Shown here in pieces: positions 1-9,915 of a DNA stretch of 64,000 nt. Within the stretch, counting starts at the first letter, position 1; every line of letters begins with the position of its first letter. The translations under genes were made by a program, and so were the position numbers. The stretch lies in assembly GCA_051986485.1 (NCBI GenBank), contig JBPYFL010000084.1:68498-132497 (forward strand), in the 5' to 3' direction. A model generated the notes under the pieces. It worked only from the letters and a program-made list of their open reading frames with translations. It searched no databases and was not told where the DNA came from. The DNA comes from Streptosporangiaceae bacterium. GTDB taxonomy: Bacteria > Actinomycetota > Actinomycetes > Streptosporangiales > Streptosporangiaceae.

Positions 1-1
1 C

Positions 2-520
2 GACCCGGCTCAGCGCCGGCACGTTGCCGAGATCGGCGGGGACGCCGAGCACCAGCACGAGAGCTACATCGCCAACATCAACCGGGCGATCGCCGACCGG
101 CCGGCGGACATGGCGGTGACGACGCACATGTGCCGGGGCAACAACCAGAGCATGTGGGCCGCCGAGGGCGGTTACGACTTCGTCGCCGAGGCGCTGTTCA
201 ACGAACTCCAGGTGGACGGGTTCTTCTGTGAGTGGGACGACGAGCGCTCGGGCGGCTTCGAGCCGCTGCGGTTCGTGCCGAAGGGCAAGAAGGTCGTGCT
301 CGGCCTGGTCACCACCAAACGCGGGGAACTGGAGACGAAGGACAGCCTGAAGCGCCGGATCGAGGACGCGTCCCGGTTCATCGACGTCAGCCAGCTCTGC
401 CTGTCCCCGCAGTGCGGGTTCTCCTCCACCAAGGAGGGCAATGACCTGTCCCGCGACGAGCAGTGGGCGAAGCTCGCCCTGATCGTCGAGACCGCCCAGG
501 AGGTCTGGGGGGACGAGTAG
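2..520 (+). CDS. Cobalamin-independent methionine synthase family (Meth_synt_2) C-terminal fragment, truncated at window start
   Basis: The frame is open from position 2 and ends at a stop at 518-520. It carries an HMCRGN motif and a C-terminal ...CLSPQCGFSSTKEG... segment resembling the MetE C-terminal catalytic domain. The N-terminus lies outside the window. Confidence 0.55.
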   Translation, partial: DPAQRRHVAEIGGDAEHQHESYIANINRAIADRPADMAVTTHMCRGNNQSMWAAEGGYDFVAEALFNELQVDGFFCEWDDERSGGFEPLRFVPKGKKVVLGLVTTKRGELETKDSLKRRIEDASRFIDVSQLCLSPQCGFSSTKEGNDLSRDEQWAKLALIVETAQEVWGDE

Positions 521-566
521 TTCCGCCGGGCGCCCGGACGGCACGTGGTCGCGATAGGACACCGTT

Positions 567-1511
567 ATGCCGCTTCTTCATGACGTCGCCCACCTGAGCC
601 ATGTGGAACTGCTGTCACCGGAGCCGGAGAAGCGCCTGTGGTTCTTCACCGACGTGCTCGGCCTCACCGAGAACGGGGCCGGCGGCGACTCGGTGTACCT
701 GCGCGCCTGGGACGACTACGAGCACCACACGCTGAAGCTGACCGCGTCGGCCACCGCCGGCATCCGCCGCACCGGGCTGCGCGCGGCCAGTGAGGACGCG
801 CTGAAGCGGCGGGTCGAGGCCATCGAAACGGCCGGGCTCGGCCTGGGCTGGCGGGACGGCGACCCCGGGATCGGCCCCGTCTACCTGTTCCGCGACCCGG
901 ATGGGCACGAATTCGAGCTCTACTGGGAAACCGAGTGGTACCGGCCGTCCGGCGCGCTGAAGCCGTCGCTGAAGAACCAGGCGCAGGCCTATCCGGGCCG
1001 CGGCGTCTCCGTCCGCCGCCTGGACCACGTCAATTACCTGGCCGCCGAGGTCGAGCGATGCGGCAGGTTCGTCTGCGACGAGCTGGGCGCCCGGGTCACC
1101 GAGCAGATCGTCCTGGACGACGGCGCCGTCTCGGCACAGTGGATGCACTTCGCGCAGAAGACTTACGACCTGGTGTACTCGGCCGACTGGACCGGGTCGG
1201 TGGGGCGGCTGCACCACATCGCGTTCGCCGCCGACACCCGCGAGGACATCCTCCGCGCCGCGGACATCTGCCTCGACAAGGGCGTGTTCATCGAGACCGG
1301 ACCGCACAAGCACGCGATCCAGCAGACGTTCTTCCTTTACGTCTACGAGCCCGGCGGCAACCGGATCGAGCTGTGCAACGCCGGTGCCCGGCTGATCCTC
1401 GCGCCGGACTGGGCCCCGGTCAGCTGGACGCAGGCGGAGCGCGCCAAAGGCCAGGCGTGGGGCCTGGCCACCATCGAGTCGTTCCACACCCACGGCACGC
1501 CCCCGGCCTGA
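567..1511 (+). CDS. Catechol 2,3-dioxygenase (extradiol ring-cleavage dioxygenase, VOC superfamily)
   Basis: 314-aa ORF with two VOC modules. Typical C23O motifs are present (HHIAF, VYEPGGNRIELC, LYWETEWY). Confidence 0.8.
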   Translation: MPLLHDVAHLSHVELLSPEPEKRLWFFTDVLGLTENGAGGDSVYLRAWDDYEHHTLKLTASATAGIRRTGLRAASEDALKRRVEAIETAGLGLGWRDGDPGIGPVYLFRDPDGHEFELYWETEWYRPSGALKPSLKNQAQAYPGRGVSVRRLDHVNYLAAEVERCGRFVCDELGARVTEQIVLDDGAVSAQWMHFAQKTYDLVYSADWTGSVGRLHHIAFAADTREDILRAADICLDKGVFIETGPHKHAIQQTFFLYVYEPGGNRIELCNAGARLILAPDWAPVSWTQAERAKGQAWGLATIESFHTHGTPPA

Positions 1512-1516
1512 CTGGC

Positions 1517-2035
1517 ATGGCACCATGGGCTGCCATGCGCTATCTGGTGAAGGAGAAAGTCTTCTCGATCGGTGACGACTTCTGGGTCACCGACGAGCGC
1601 GGCGACAAGATCTTCCTGGTCGACGGGAAGGCGCTGAGCCTGCGGCACACCTTCGAGCTCAAGGACCGCAACGGCTCGATCGTGGCGAAAATCCACAAGA
1701 AACTCGTCAGCGTCCACGACAGCATGGAGATCGAGCGCGACGGCGCCGTGATCGCCACAGTGAAGAAGGCGATCTTCTCGCCGATCCACCACCGGTCGGT
1801 CATCGAGCTTGCCGGCGGCGGCGAGATGGAGGCCGTCGGCAACATCATCGACAAGGAGTTCGAGATCCGTTCCGGCGGATACGTCGTCGGCTACGTCTCC
1901 CGCTCCTGGTTCCGGATGCGCGACACCTACGGCGTGGACACCGCCCCTGGGCAGGACGACGCCCTGCTCCTCGCGATCGCGGTCTGCCTGGACCGCATCC
2001 ACCACGACGAGGAGGAGCGGGACCGGGACCGGTGA
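1517..2035 (+). CDS. LURP-one-related (tubby C-terminal-like, DUF567) family protein
   Basis: The sequence MRYLVKEKVFSIGDDFWVTDERGDKIFLVDGK...FEIRSGGYVVGYVSRSWFRMRDTYGVD matches the LURP1/YxjI family. An alternative ATG lies at 1535. Confidence 0.6.
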   Translation: MAPWAAMRYLVKEKVFSIGDDFWVTDERGDKIFLVDGKALSLRHTFELKDRNGSIVAKIHKKLVSVHDSMEIERDGAVIATVKKAIFSPIHHRSVIELAGGGEMEAVGNIIDKEFEIRSGGYVVGYVSRSWFRMRDTYGVDTAPGQDDALLLAIAVCLDRIHHDEEERDRDR

Positions 2036-2107
2036 GCGGCTGCCGGTGACCGGAAGCCGTGCCCGCCGGACCCTGACCGGCGGCCGGAGCGCGGCTATCG
2101 TGAGCGA

Positions 2108-2650
2108 GTGAGCCAACGGCTCGTCACCGAGCGCCTCGTGCTGCGCCCGTGGAACGCCGGCGACGCGGAGGCGGCGCTCGGCGCCTACGGCGACGCGGAG
2201 GTGGCACGCTGGCTGTCACCGGCGATGGACACGGTCCCGGACCCGGAGGCGATGCGCCTGGTTCTGCAGCAGTGGGTCGCCGAGGACGAGCGGATGATCA
2301 CGCCGGCCGGACGGTGGGCGATCGAGCAGCGCAGCGACGGCCGGGTGCTCGGCGGGGCCACCCTGCTGCCGCTGGCGCCGGACGAGGAGTATGAAGTCGG
2401 CTGGCAGTTCCGGCGGGACGCGTGGGGGCACGGCTACGCCACCGAGACCGGGCTGGCGCTGGCACGCTGGGCGTTCGACCAGGAGATCGAGCAGGTCATC
2501 GCGCTGGTGCGCCCGTCGAACACCCGGGCGCTGGCGATGGTGCGGCGAATCGGGATGGAATGGGTCGGCGAGACCGAGAAATACCACGACCTGCGGCTGC
2601 AGATGTTCCGCCTGCGCCCCGGCGACCTGCCCGAGCAGGCGGCCCTTTAA
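2108..2650 (+). CDS. GNAT family N-acetyltransferase (RimJ/RimL-like)
   Basis: 180 aa. An ERLVLRPW N-terminus and a WGHGYATE acetyl-CoA binding motif are present. Confidence 0.8.
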   Translation: MSQRLVTERLVLRPWNAGDAEAALGAYGDAEVARWLSPAMDTVPDPEAMRLVLQQWVAEDERMITPAGRWAIEQRSDGRVLGGATLLPLAPDEEYEVGWQFRRDAWGHGYATETGLALARWAFDQEIEQVIALVRPSNTRALAMVRRIGMEWVGETEKYHDLRLQMFRLRPGDLPEQAAL

Positions 2651-2739
2651 TTCAGCCACAACGGCTGCGGCGGGCGGCCCCCCGCCCGCACGGCACCCGC
2701 CGCACGGCACCCGCAGCACCAACGCGTCCCGATGCGACC

Positions 2740-3051
2740 ATGGGGAGCATGAGCGATCTTCAGGAGGTCACCGACAACCCGGCCGAGTCCCGGTTGGAGT
2801 ACCGCGCCGACGGCCACCTGGCTGAGCTGCTGTACCGGCGCCACGGCAACCGGCTGGTGATCACCCACACGGAGGTACCCGGAGAGTTCGAGGGCCACGG
2901 CATCGGCGGCAAGCTCGTCGCGGCCGCGCTCGACCAGGCCGCCGGGGAGGGTCTGACCGTCGTACCGCGCTGCCCGTTCGCACGCAGTTGGCTGGAGCGT
3001 CACCGCGAAGCGGCCAGCCGCGCGGAGATTGACTGGCGCACCGGCGGTTAG
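2740..3051 (+). CDS. Small GNAT-fold acetyltransferase (YjdJ-like)
   Basis: About 103 aa with an internal ATG start. The sequence LAELLYRRHGNRLVITHTEVPGEFEGHGIGGKLV is typical of single-domain YjdJ-type GNAT proteins. The long upstream ORF extension is Arg/Pro-rich and probably spurious. Confidence 0.6.
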   Translation: MGSMSDLQEVTDNPAESRLEYRADGHLAELLYRRHGNRLVITHTEVPGEFEGHGIGGKLVAAALDQAAGEGLTVVPRCPFARSWLERHREAASRAEIDWRTGG

Positions 3052-3192
3052 CCGGCGCGGCGGATGGCCCGGGAACGCCGTCAGGAAACCGCCCGGATAG
3101 CGGCGGGGGAGCCCTGGCAGGGCCGTCCCGTCACAACGGCGCCCCCCGCTCCGTCACAGTCTTGTCGGAAGACGAGAGCGAAAATGTGACCG

Positions 3193-4074
3193 ATGGCTGA
3201 TGACGACTGGCTGGCCGCCCGGTTCCAGTCCAGCAGGCCGCGGCTGCGGGCGATGGCCTACCGGATGCTCGGCTCGCTGAGCGACGCCGAGGACGCGCTC
3301 CAGGAAGGCTGGATTCACGCGGCCGGCGCCGACCCGGGTGCGGTGCGGAACCTCGAGGGATGGTTCACCACCATCGTCGGGCGGGTGTGCCTGGACATGC
3401 TGCGCTCGCGCAAGTCGCGGCGCGAGGAGCCGCTGGCGTGGGACGGACCGGAGGAGGCGGCGGCGGCCGATCCGGCCGCCGGGCCCGAGCAGGAGGCGAT
3501 GCTCGCGGACTCGGTGGGGCTGGCCCTGCTGGTGGTGCTCGACCGGCTGGCTCCGGCGGCGCGGGTCGCGTTCGTCCTGCACGACATGTTCGGCCTGCCG
3601 TTCGGCGAGATCGCGGCCATCACCGGCCGGTCGCCGGCCGCGGCGAGGCAGCTGGCGAGCCGCGCCCGCCGCCGGGTACAGGGCACGCCCGCGGAAACCG
3701 GCAACCGCCTGGAGCGGCAGCGCGACGTCGTCGGGGCGTTCTTCGCCGCCACCCGCGAGGGTGACCTGGGCGCCCTGCTCGCGGTGCTCGACCCGGACGT
3801 GGAGCTGCACGCCGACGCCGCGGCCTCCCCCCGGGGAATCCCGACGACGTTGCGCGGCGTGACGGCCGTGGCCGCGGGCGCACGCGCCTCCGCGCCGCGG
3901 GCCCGCTACTCGGGGCTGGCCCTGGTCGACGGCAACCCCGGCATCGTGATGGCGCCGTCCGGGCGGCTGATGCTCGTGCTCACCTTCGCCGTCTCGGACG
4001 GGAGGATCTCCCGGATCGACCTGATCGCCGACACCGGCCGGCTGCACGAGCTCGACGTCGCGGTCCTCGGCTGA
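3193..4074 (+). CDS. RNA polymerase ECF sigma factor, SigJ/ECF41-type with C-terminal SnoaL-like extension
   Basis: Sigma-70 region 2 (DAEDALQEGWIHA) and region 4 (FVLHDMFGLPFGEIAAITGRSPAAARQLASRAR) are present. A roughly 130-aa C-terminal extension is typical of the ECF41/SigJ group. Confidence 0.75.
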   Translation: MADDDWLAARFQSSRPRLRAMAYRMLGSLSDAEDALQEGWIHAAGADPGAVRNLEGWFTTIVGRVCLDMLRSRKSRREEPLAWDGPEEAAAADPAAGPEQEAMLADSVGLALLVVLDRLAPAARVAFVLHDMFGLPFGEIAAITGRSPAAARQLASRARRRVQGTPAETGNRLERQRDVVGAFFAATREGDLGALLAVLDPDVELHADAAASPRGIPTTLRGVTAVAAGARASAPRARYSGLALVDGNPGIVMAPSGRLMLVLTFAVSDGRISRIDLIADTGRLHELDVAVLG

Positions 4075-4260
4075 CCGCGCCGCAGCCCTTCACGCTGGGG
4101 CCTTTCGCGCCGCAGCCCTTCGCGCCGCAGGCCGTGCCGGCCGAGGCGACCACCCACCCGGGGTGAGGCGGGGCGCCGCCGACCGGGGAAGCATTGGCCG
4201 CAGACCTGCCGGCGGATGGCGCCACCGGCGCCGGCCGGACCGGGGGAAGGAGCGGAACCA

Positions 4261-4692
4261 ATGCCAACAACGGCATGGCGGTTCAGGGGCACCGAAGGGG
4301 CGGACGAGGCGGTCGTCCGGCTCCAGAAGCTGGACGACCAGGATCTTGTCAACGTGCGCGACGTCGCCGTGATCCGCTGGCCGCAGTACGCAGCGGAGCC
4401 GATGGTCCATGAGCACGCGACCACCGGCGGGAGCAAGGTCTCCGGGCTCGTCGGCAAGCTCCGGGGCGGGAGCATCGATAGCGCGATGATCGAGGCGGTC
4501 AAGGGCGATATGGAGGCCGGCACGTCGGCGCTGATACTGCTCAGCTCCGACGCCCAGATCCTGAAGGTTGCCGAGGCGTTCCGGACGCAGGGGATGGAGC
4601 TGATCCGCTCCGACCTCTCCGTCCAGCAGCAGGACGAGATCAGGACCGTATTCGGCGCCTCATCCGAGAAGTACCGGGATCAGAGCACCTAG
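4261..4692 (+). CDS. DUF1269-like protein (soluble variant)
   Basis: GGAAGGAG RBS ahead of the ATG at 4261. N-terminal beta-alpha pattern and a C-terminal ...GTSALILLSSD... segment resemble the DUF1269 general-stress family. It is a paralog of the protein at 34415-34921. Confidence 0.45.
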   Translation: MPTTAWRFRGTEGADEAVVRLQKLDDQDLVNVRDVAVIRWPQYAAEPMVHEHATTGGSKVSGLVGKLRGGSIDSAMIEAVKGDMEAGTSALILLSSDAQILKVAEAFRTQGMELIRSDLSVQQQDEIRTVFGASSEKYRDQST

Positions 4693-4965
4693 ACGTTACC
4701 CACCTATCAAACGGCCGCGCGTGGCCGGAGCCGACCGGGACTGGCCGGATTGAGGATGCGCGGCCCGTTCGCCTGCGCGCAAGCTGGGTGGCAGAACCCG
4801 GATGGGCGGCCCGGCCCGCAGGTCGCGAGCGCCGCGGGACCGGGCCGGCGGATCCCCGCAGCCTTCCGGCGAGCGCGTCGCTGCGATTGCTTTCCGGTAT
4901 CTTGCGTCGGCCGAACCGGCGGCACGCCGGTTTCCTGCTGACGGAACCTGAGTGCGTCACGCCGG

Positions 4966-5163
4966 CTAGCCGGCGCGGTTGATGAGGCGCCTGATCGGCG
5001 ACCCGCGCAGCGCGAGTTCGTTGCCCTGGGTGGTGACACTGACGCCGACCAGCGCCGGATTCTGCCCGATCCGCTTGATCCGCAGGTAACGGCGGAATTC
5101 ATTGCGTACGGCAAAGATGACGCCACCAGTGATGGCGAGGCCGATCGTCGCTGTGAGCTTCAT
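4966..5163 (-). CDS. Small basic hypothetical protein (65 aa)
   Basis: AAGGAG RBS ahead of the ATG at 5163. The protein is hydrophobic at the N-terminus (LAITGGVIFAV) and Arg/Lys-rich at the C-terminus. No family assigned. Confidence 0.4.
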   Translation of the reverse strand: MKLTATIGLAITGGVIFAVRNEFRRYLRIKRIGQNPALVGVSVTTQGNELALRGSPIRRLINRAG

Positions 5164-5342
5164 GTTGACTCCTTTTTGCCGAACTTTTGCCGAACCTGCT
5201 GCGCATTTATTGCATCGGGCAGGAATACCCGCTACCCGGTGACCGCCGGGCTATGCACTCTGGCCCGCCACCGGCCCTTTGCACGGCGCCGCTGCCGGTG
5301 CGGCGCCGCTGCCCGGGAGCCCGCCGCCACCAGGCCGCCGCG

Positions 5343-5407
5343 CAGTGCCGGTGCCCAGTGCCGGTGCCCAGTGGCGGTGCCCAGTGCCGGTGCCCAGTGG
5401 CGGTGCC
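5343..5407. repeat. 13-bp tandem repeat x5 (CAGTG[C/G]CGGTGCC)
   Basis: Five contiguous head-to-tail copies are read directly in the sequence, with no spacers, so this is not CRISPR-like. It lies in the 0.6 kb region upstream of the LAL regulator gene. Confidence 0.85.
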
Positions 5408-5846
5408 CTGCTCCGGTTCGCAGTCCGGTGCGCCTGGCAACTGCCCATTTGGAGGATGCGGGTGTGCCCCCCGGGGGACCAGCATGAGCGTGGAGCAGGC
5501 GTCCCGGCACCGTGGTCCCGGCGCCCGACTAGTCCCCAGTACGGGCGCCGGTGCCGGGACGCTCGCCCCGCGGGGCTCGCCCCGCGCTGCTGCCCGCCAC
5601 GACCGGTGAACCGGCGAGGACTAGACGCGGGGCTGCGGCGGGGAAATACTTCAGGAAAGGAATTCGCCCGCCGCGGTATACCCGGGCGATCCAGTCCGGT
5701 GCGGCCCAGGTGGTTTTCCCTCCATATTCGGAGCAAACTAGACATGCTGGGATTCTCGAATCCCGGGAGAAGTTATGTCAGGGACAGGTCGGCGCCCCTG
5801 GACCTCGGGCGCGGGCCACACAGGCGACCGTTTCCAACCGACCCCC

Positions 5847-8600
5847 ATGCGTGGCCGTGAGGCCGAGTGGGCGACGGTCCTCGACCAGTTGGAGCGCACC
5901 CGGCACGGCCGGGGCGGTGTGCTCGTGGTCGAGGGCGAGTCCGGCATCGGGAAGTCGATGCTGCTGGCCTCCGCCGTGGAAGCCGCCGCTGACCAGCGGC
6001 TGTCCGTGGTCGTCGGCGCGGGCGATGAACTGAGCCGGTTCACGCCGCTGGCGCCGTTGGTCGCGGCGCTTCCGGCCGCCCCGGTTCGCGCCGACGGCGC
6101 CCCCCGCGCGCAAGCTCAGGAGGCGAACATCAGGGCGCGGCTGGAAGAGCTGGCATCCTCGGGCCCGGTCGCGGCCATCTTCGATGATCTGCACCTTGCC
6201 GATCCGGTCACCCTGCGCGCCCTGCGGACACTGCCTCGGCTGCTGGCGCCATACCCGATGTGCTGGCTGCTGGGCGGGCGTGGAGACGGCGACGGCGACG
6301 TCGCGCTGCTGTTCGACATCCTCGAACGTGAGGGCGCCACCCGGATGCAACTGCGACCGCTCGCCGGCGAGGCAGAGACCGCGTTGATGGCCGACATCCT
6401 GGGCGCCACTCCCGACGACGCTCTGCTCGAGGTCGTGATGTCCGCGTCCGGGAACCCCGCGATGCTCACCGAGTTCCTGCGCGGCCTGGTCGACGAGGAC
6501 CAGATCGTGATCTCCGGTGACAGCGCGAGCCTCGCATCGCCGCAGGGTCCGCGCACCCTGCAGGCGGTGGTGCTGCGGAAGCTCGGCAGAGTGACTCCCC
6601 GTACCAGGCAGCTGATCGAGACCGGTGCCATCCTCGGCCGGTCGTTCCGGATCGAGGACGCGGCGGCGATGCTCGGCGAATCGCCGGGAGTGCTGCTGGC
6701 GTCGGTCGAAGAGGCGCTGACGGCGCGGATTGTCGTGCCGACCCCCGACGCGATCGCCTTTGAGCAGGACCAGGTCTGGCAGGCGGTCACCGAGTCGATG
6801 CCGCCGCCGGTGCGGCTGGCGCTGCACCGGCAGGCGGGGGAGATGCTGATGTCGCGCTGGGGCTCCGCCATTCCGGCGGCGCAGCACCTGCTCGTGGGTG
6901 CCCGCTACGGCGAACCGGTCGTCCTGTCCAGCCTGGACCGCGCGGTGACCGAAGCCCTGTTCTCCGCGCCGCAGGCCGCAGCCGAGATGGCCGTCCGCGC
7001 ACTGGAACTCACCCCGCCTTCCACCGGGGCCCTTCCCGCCCGCACCGTCGCGGCGGTCCGGGCCCTCGCCGCGGCCGCGCGATGGGACGAAGCGGCGGAG
7101 CTGGCGCGGGCGGCGCTGGCGGTGCCGATGGCGGTGCTGGAAACCGCGCAGCTGCGGTGCGCGCTGTCGTCGCTGGAGGCCATCGGCGGCAGGCCGGCGG
7201 AGGCCCTGGCGCTGGCCGAGAGCCTCCTCGCCGATCCCGGCCTGCCGGGTGAGGTGCGCGACGATGCCGAGGTCGCGGTGCTGCAGGCGCTGACCGGGAT
7301 GCGTGACAACCACCGGGCGGTCCAGCTCGCTTCGGCCATCCTCGCCCAGCCCGGCAGCGACCGGATGAGCCTTGTCGGCCCGCTGATGGTGCTCGCGCTC
7401 GTCATGTGGGACGGCGGCCAGGTGGAGCGGTCGCTGGAGCTGGCGGCCCAGGCGGTCCGCGCGGAAACCGCGCAGCGGTATCCGGCGACCCGCTTCTACC
7501 CGAACCTGTTCCTCGCGTCGCGCCTGATCGACCTGCGCCGCTACCCGGAGGCCGACGCGATCATGAACCTGGCTGACCGGCTGATCGCCCCGCACGCCGT
7601 CTCACCCTCGCCCGCGTCACCGGAAGTGCTGCGGGCGCGGATGGCGCTGGCCACCGGGCGCCCGGACGAGGCCGCCGCGGAGGCCGATTACGTCCTCGGC
7701 CACCAGGCCGTTCCCGGGACTCAGCGCAGCAGCGCGATGGCGCTGTCGATTCTCGGAACCGTCGCGCTGCGCCGCGGCGACCTGACCGCGGCAAAGGGGT
7801 ACATGGAGAGCACCCCCGCGCCGGGCTACCAGTTCGTGTCCGCCTACGAGGCCGATTCATTCCGCCTGGTGGCCGCCGAGGTCGAGGAGGCCCGGCACGG
7901 GCCCCGAGCGGCGGTGGACAGCATCTCCGACGTCTACGCGGGGCTCGACGACCACCGTTTCCTGCTGATGAGCGATCCGGTGAGCGCTCCATGGCTGGTC
8001 CGCGCGGCGCTCGCTGCCGGGGACCAGGCCTCCGCCGAGGCGGTGGAGGCGGTGATGGCCGAGATCACCCGGGCCAACCCGGACGTGGTGATGTTCCGCG
8101 CGTGCGCGGAGCACGCCAGCGGCCTGTTGCGCGGCGACCGGTCCAGCCTCGAGACCGCCGTCGAGTTGCAGCAGGATCCGTGGGCCCGGGCGTCGGCGGC
8201 GGAGGACCTCGGCGTCATGCTCGCCGCCACCAGCCCGCTGGAGGCGGTGCGCAGCCTCGACGCGGCGCTCGAGTGGGACGTGGAGATCGGGGCGGTGCGG
8301 GATGCCGCCCGGATCCGGCGCAGGCTTCGCCGGCTGGGGGTGCGCCGCCGGCACTGGCGCTCCGCGAAGCGTCCGCCCACGGGCTGGGACAGCCTGACCG
8401 ACACCGAGCGCGGCACCACCGAACTGGTCGCCCAGGGACTGACGAACCAGCAGGTCGCTGACCAGTTGTACGTGAGCGTGCACACGGTGGCCTTCCACCT
8501 GCGGCAGGTCTTCCGAAAGCTCGGGATTACCTCACGGGTGGAGCTTGCGCGCATCGCGCTGGAAAACCCCGCCGACGGCCCCCCGGGTGCCCAAGACTGA
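5847..8600 (+). CDS. LAL-family (large ATP-binding LuxR) transcriptional regulator
   Basis: Walker A (GESGIGKS) is present at the N-terminus. A long TPR-like helical middle follows. The C-terminal LuxR HTH reads LTDTERGTTELVAQGLTNQQVADQLYVSVHTVAFHLRQVFRKLGI. The start could be 5775 or 5847. Confidence 0.8.
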   Translation: MRGREAEWATVLDQLERTRHGRGGVLVVEGESGIGKSMLLASAVEAAADQRLSVVVGAGDELSRFTPLAPLVAALPAAPVRADGAPRAQAQEANIRARLEELASSGPVAAIFDDLHLADPVTLRALRTLPRLLAPYPMCWLLGGRGDGDGDVALLFDILEREGATRMQLRPLAGEAETALMADILGATPDDALLEVVMSASGNPAMLTEFLRGLVDEDQIVISGDSASLASPQGPRTLQAVVLRKLGRVTPRTRQLIETGAILGRSFRIEDAAAMLGESPGVLLASVEEALTARIVVPTPDAIAFEQDQVWQAVTESMPPPVRLALHRQAGEMLMSRWGSAIPAAQHLLVGARYGEPVVLSSLDRAVTEALFSAPQAAAEMAVRALELTPPSTGALPARTVAAVRALAAAARWDEAAELARAALAVPMAVLETAQLRCALSSLEAIGGRPAEALALAESLLADPGLPGEVRDDAEVAVLQALTGMRDNHRAVQLASAILAQPGSDRMSLVGPLMVLALVMWDGGQVERSLELAAQAVRAETAQRYPATRFYPNLFLASRLIDLRRYPEADAIMNLADRLIAPHAVSPSPASPEVLRARMALATGRPDEAAAEADYVLGHQAVPGTQRSSAMALSILGTVALRRGDLTAAKGYMESTPAPGYQFVSAYEADSFRLVAAEVEEARHGPRAAVDSISDVYAGLDDHRFLLMSDPVSAPWLVRAALAAGDQASAEAVEAVMAEITRANPDVVMFRACAEHASGLLRGDRSSLETAVELQQDPWARASAAEDLGVMLAATSPLEAVRSLDAALEWDVEIGAVRDAARIRRRLRRLGVRRRHWRSAKRPPTGWDSLTDTERGTTELVAQGLTNQQVADQLYVSVHTVAFHLRQVFRKLGITSRVELARIALENPADGPPGAQD

Positions 8601-8850
8601 CCAGATTGATGATGCGCACGCCGCTGCGCTCGGGAACCCTCGGCAGACAGGGGCAGCTACCTGCTCTCAAGCCGGCGATGTGGCCGGCCGCGGCACACCG
8701 GCGTGCTGGCACCGGCCATTGCCCGCGCCGGAGGCGAAGCCACGCCGGATCCGCAACCGGCAGCGGAAATTCCTGGTGGCCCCGGCGCACGAGGGGGAGC
8801 GTCGGGACCACCAGGGCAAGCGCTGTGGCCGGTTCTGGGAAACTGTGCGG

Positions 8851-9876
8851 ATGAGCTATGTTGCCGCCGCTGACCGGTATGAGCGCTTGCCGTACCGCCG
8901 GTGCGGGCGCAGTGGCCTGCAGCTGCCCGTCATCTCCCTCGGCCTGTGGCAGAACTTCGGTGACGTCTCGCCGCTGGCGACGCAGCGGGCAATCCTCCGT
9001 CGTGCGTTCGACCTCGGCGTGACGCACTTCGACCTGGCGAACAACTACGGACCTCCGTACGGCACGGCGGAGATCAACTTCGGCCGGATCCTGCGGGAGG
9101 ACCTGCGCCCGTACCGCGACGAGCTGGTGATCTCCACCAAGGCCGGCTACGACATGTGGCCGGGGCCCTACGGCGACGGGGGGTCCCGCAAATACCTGCT
9201 GGCCAGCCTCGACCAGTCGCTGGCGCGGATGGGCCTGGAATACGTGGACATCTTCTACAGCCACCGGGCCGATCCCGCCACGCCGCTGGAAGAGACGATG
9301 GGTGCGCTGGCGACGGCGGTGCGGTCGGGGAAGGCGCTGTACGCCGGGGTCTCGTCCTACTCGCCGGAGCGCACCGCCGAGGCGGCGGCGACGCTGCGGG
9401 AGATGGGCGTCCCGCTGCTGATCCACCAGCCGTCGTACTCGATGTTCAACCGGTGGATCGAGGACGGGCTGCTCGAGGTGCTCGGCCGCGAGGGCATCGG
9501 CTGCATCGCCTTCTCGCCGCTGGCGCAGGGCCTGCTGACCGGCAAGTACCTCGGCGGGCTGCCGGAGGGCTCGCGCGCCAGCCAGGACGGATCGATGTCG
9601 CGCGGCATGCTCAGCGAGCAGAACCTGGCGCGGGTTCGCGCGCTGAACGAGATCGCCGCCTCACGCGGGCAGACCCTGGCGCAGATGGCGGTGGCCTGGG
9701 CGCTGCGGGACGAGCGGGTCACCTCGGTGCTGCTCGGCGCCAGCAGCGTGGGCCAACTGGAGGAGAACCTCGGCGCCCTCCGCGGGCTGCGCTTCACCGC
9801 GGACGAACTCGCGGCGATCGACTCGCACGCCGTGGACGCGGGCATCAATATCTGGGCGGCCTCAAGCGAGGTCTGA
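8851..9876 (+). CDS. gpr: L-glyceraldehyde 3-phosphate reductase / Kv-beta-like aldo-keto reductase (YghZ/Gpr family)
   Basis: 341 aa, collinear with E. coli YghZ by recall. Motifs include RYCGKSGLxLPxISLGLW, FDLANNYGPP, ISTKAGYDMWPGPYGDGGSRKYL and LIHQPSYSMFNRW. Confidence 0.85.
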   Translation: MSYVAAADRYERLPYRRCGRSGLQLPVISLGLWQNFGDVSPLATQRAILRRAFDLGVTHFDLANNYGPPYGTAEINFGRILREDLRPYRDELVISTKAGYDMWPGPYGDGGSRKYLLASLDQSLARMGLEYVDIFYSHRADPATPLEETMGALATAVRSGKALYAGVSSYSPERTAEAAATLREMGVPLLIHQPSYSMFNRWIEDGLLEVLGREGIGCIAFSPLAQGLLTGKYLGGLPEGSRASQDGSMSRGMLSEQNLARVRALNEIAASRGQTLAQMAVAWALRDERVTSVLLGASSVGQLEENLGALRGLRFTADELAAIDSHAVDAGINIWAASSEV

Positions 9877-9915
9877 GCGGGTCGGGGAGCGGCCTCCGGG
9901 GGAAGGAGCCTGGCC

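Noticed and set aside
615-1526. 303-aa ORF on the minus strand antisense to the catechol dioxygenase gene, and many similar long antisense or alternative-frame ORFs (e.g. 935-2035+, 5778-7595-, 10641-12806-, 14973-17354-, 9357-10484-, 20650-22242-, 47414-49297-, 49213-51699-)
   Set aside because: They are Arg/Pro/Gly-rich translations, typical of the non-coding frames of >70 % GC DNA. They have no family signatures and fully overlap strongly supported genes on the other strand or frame.
5343-5407. Possible CRISPR array at the 13-bp repeats
   Set aside because: The repeats are contiguous with no spacers and the unit is too short. No cas genes are present in the window.
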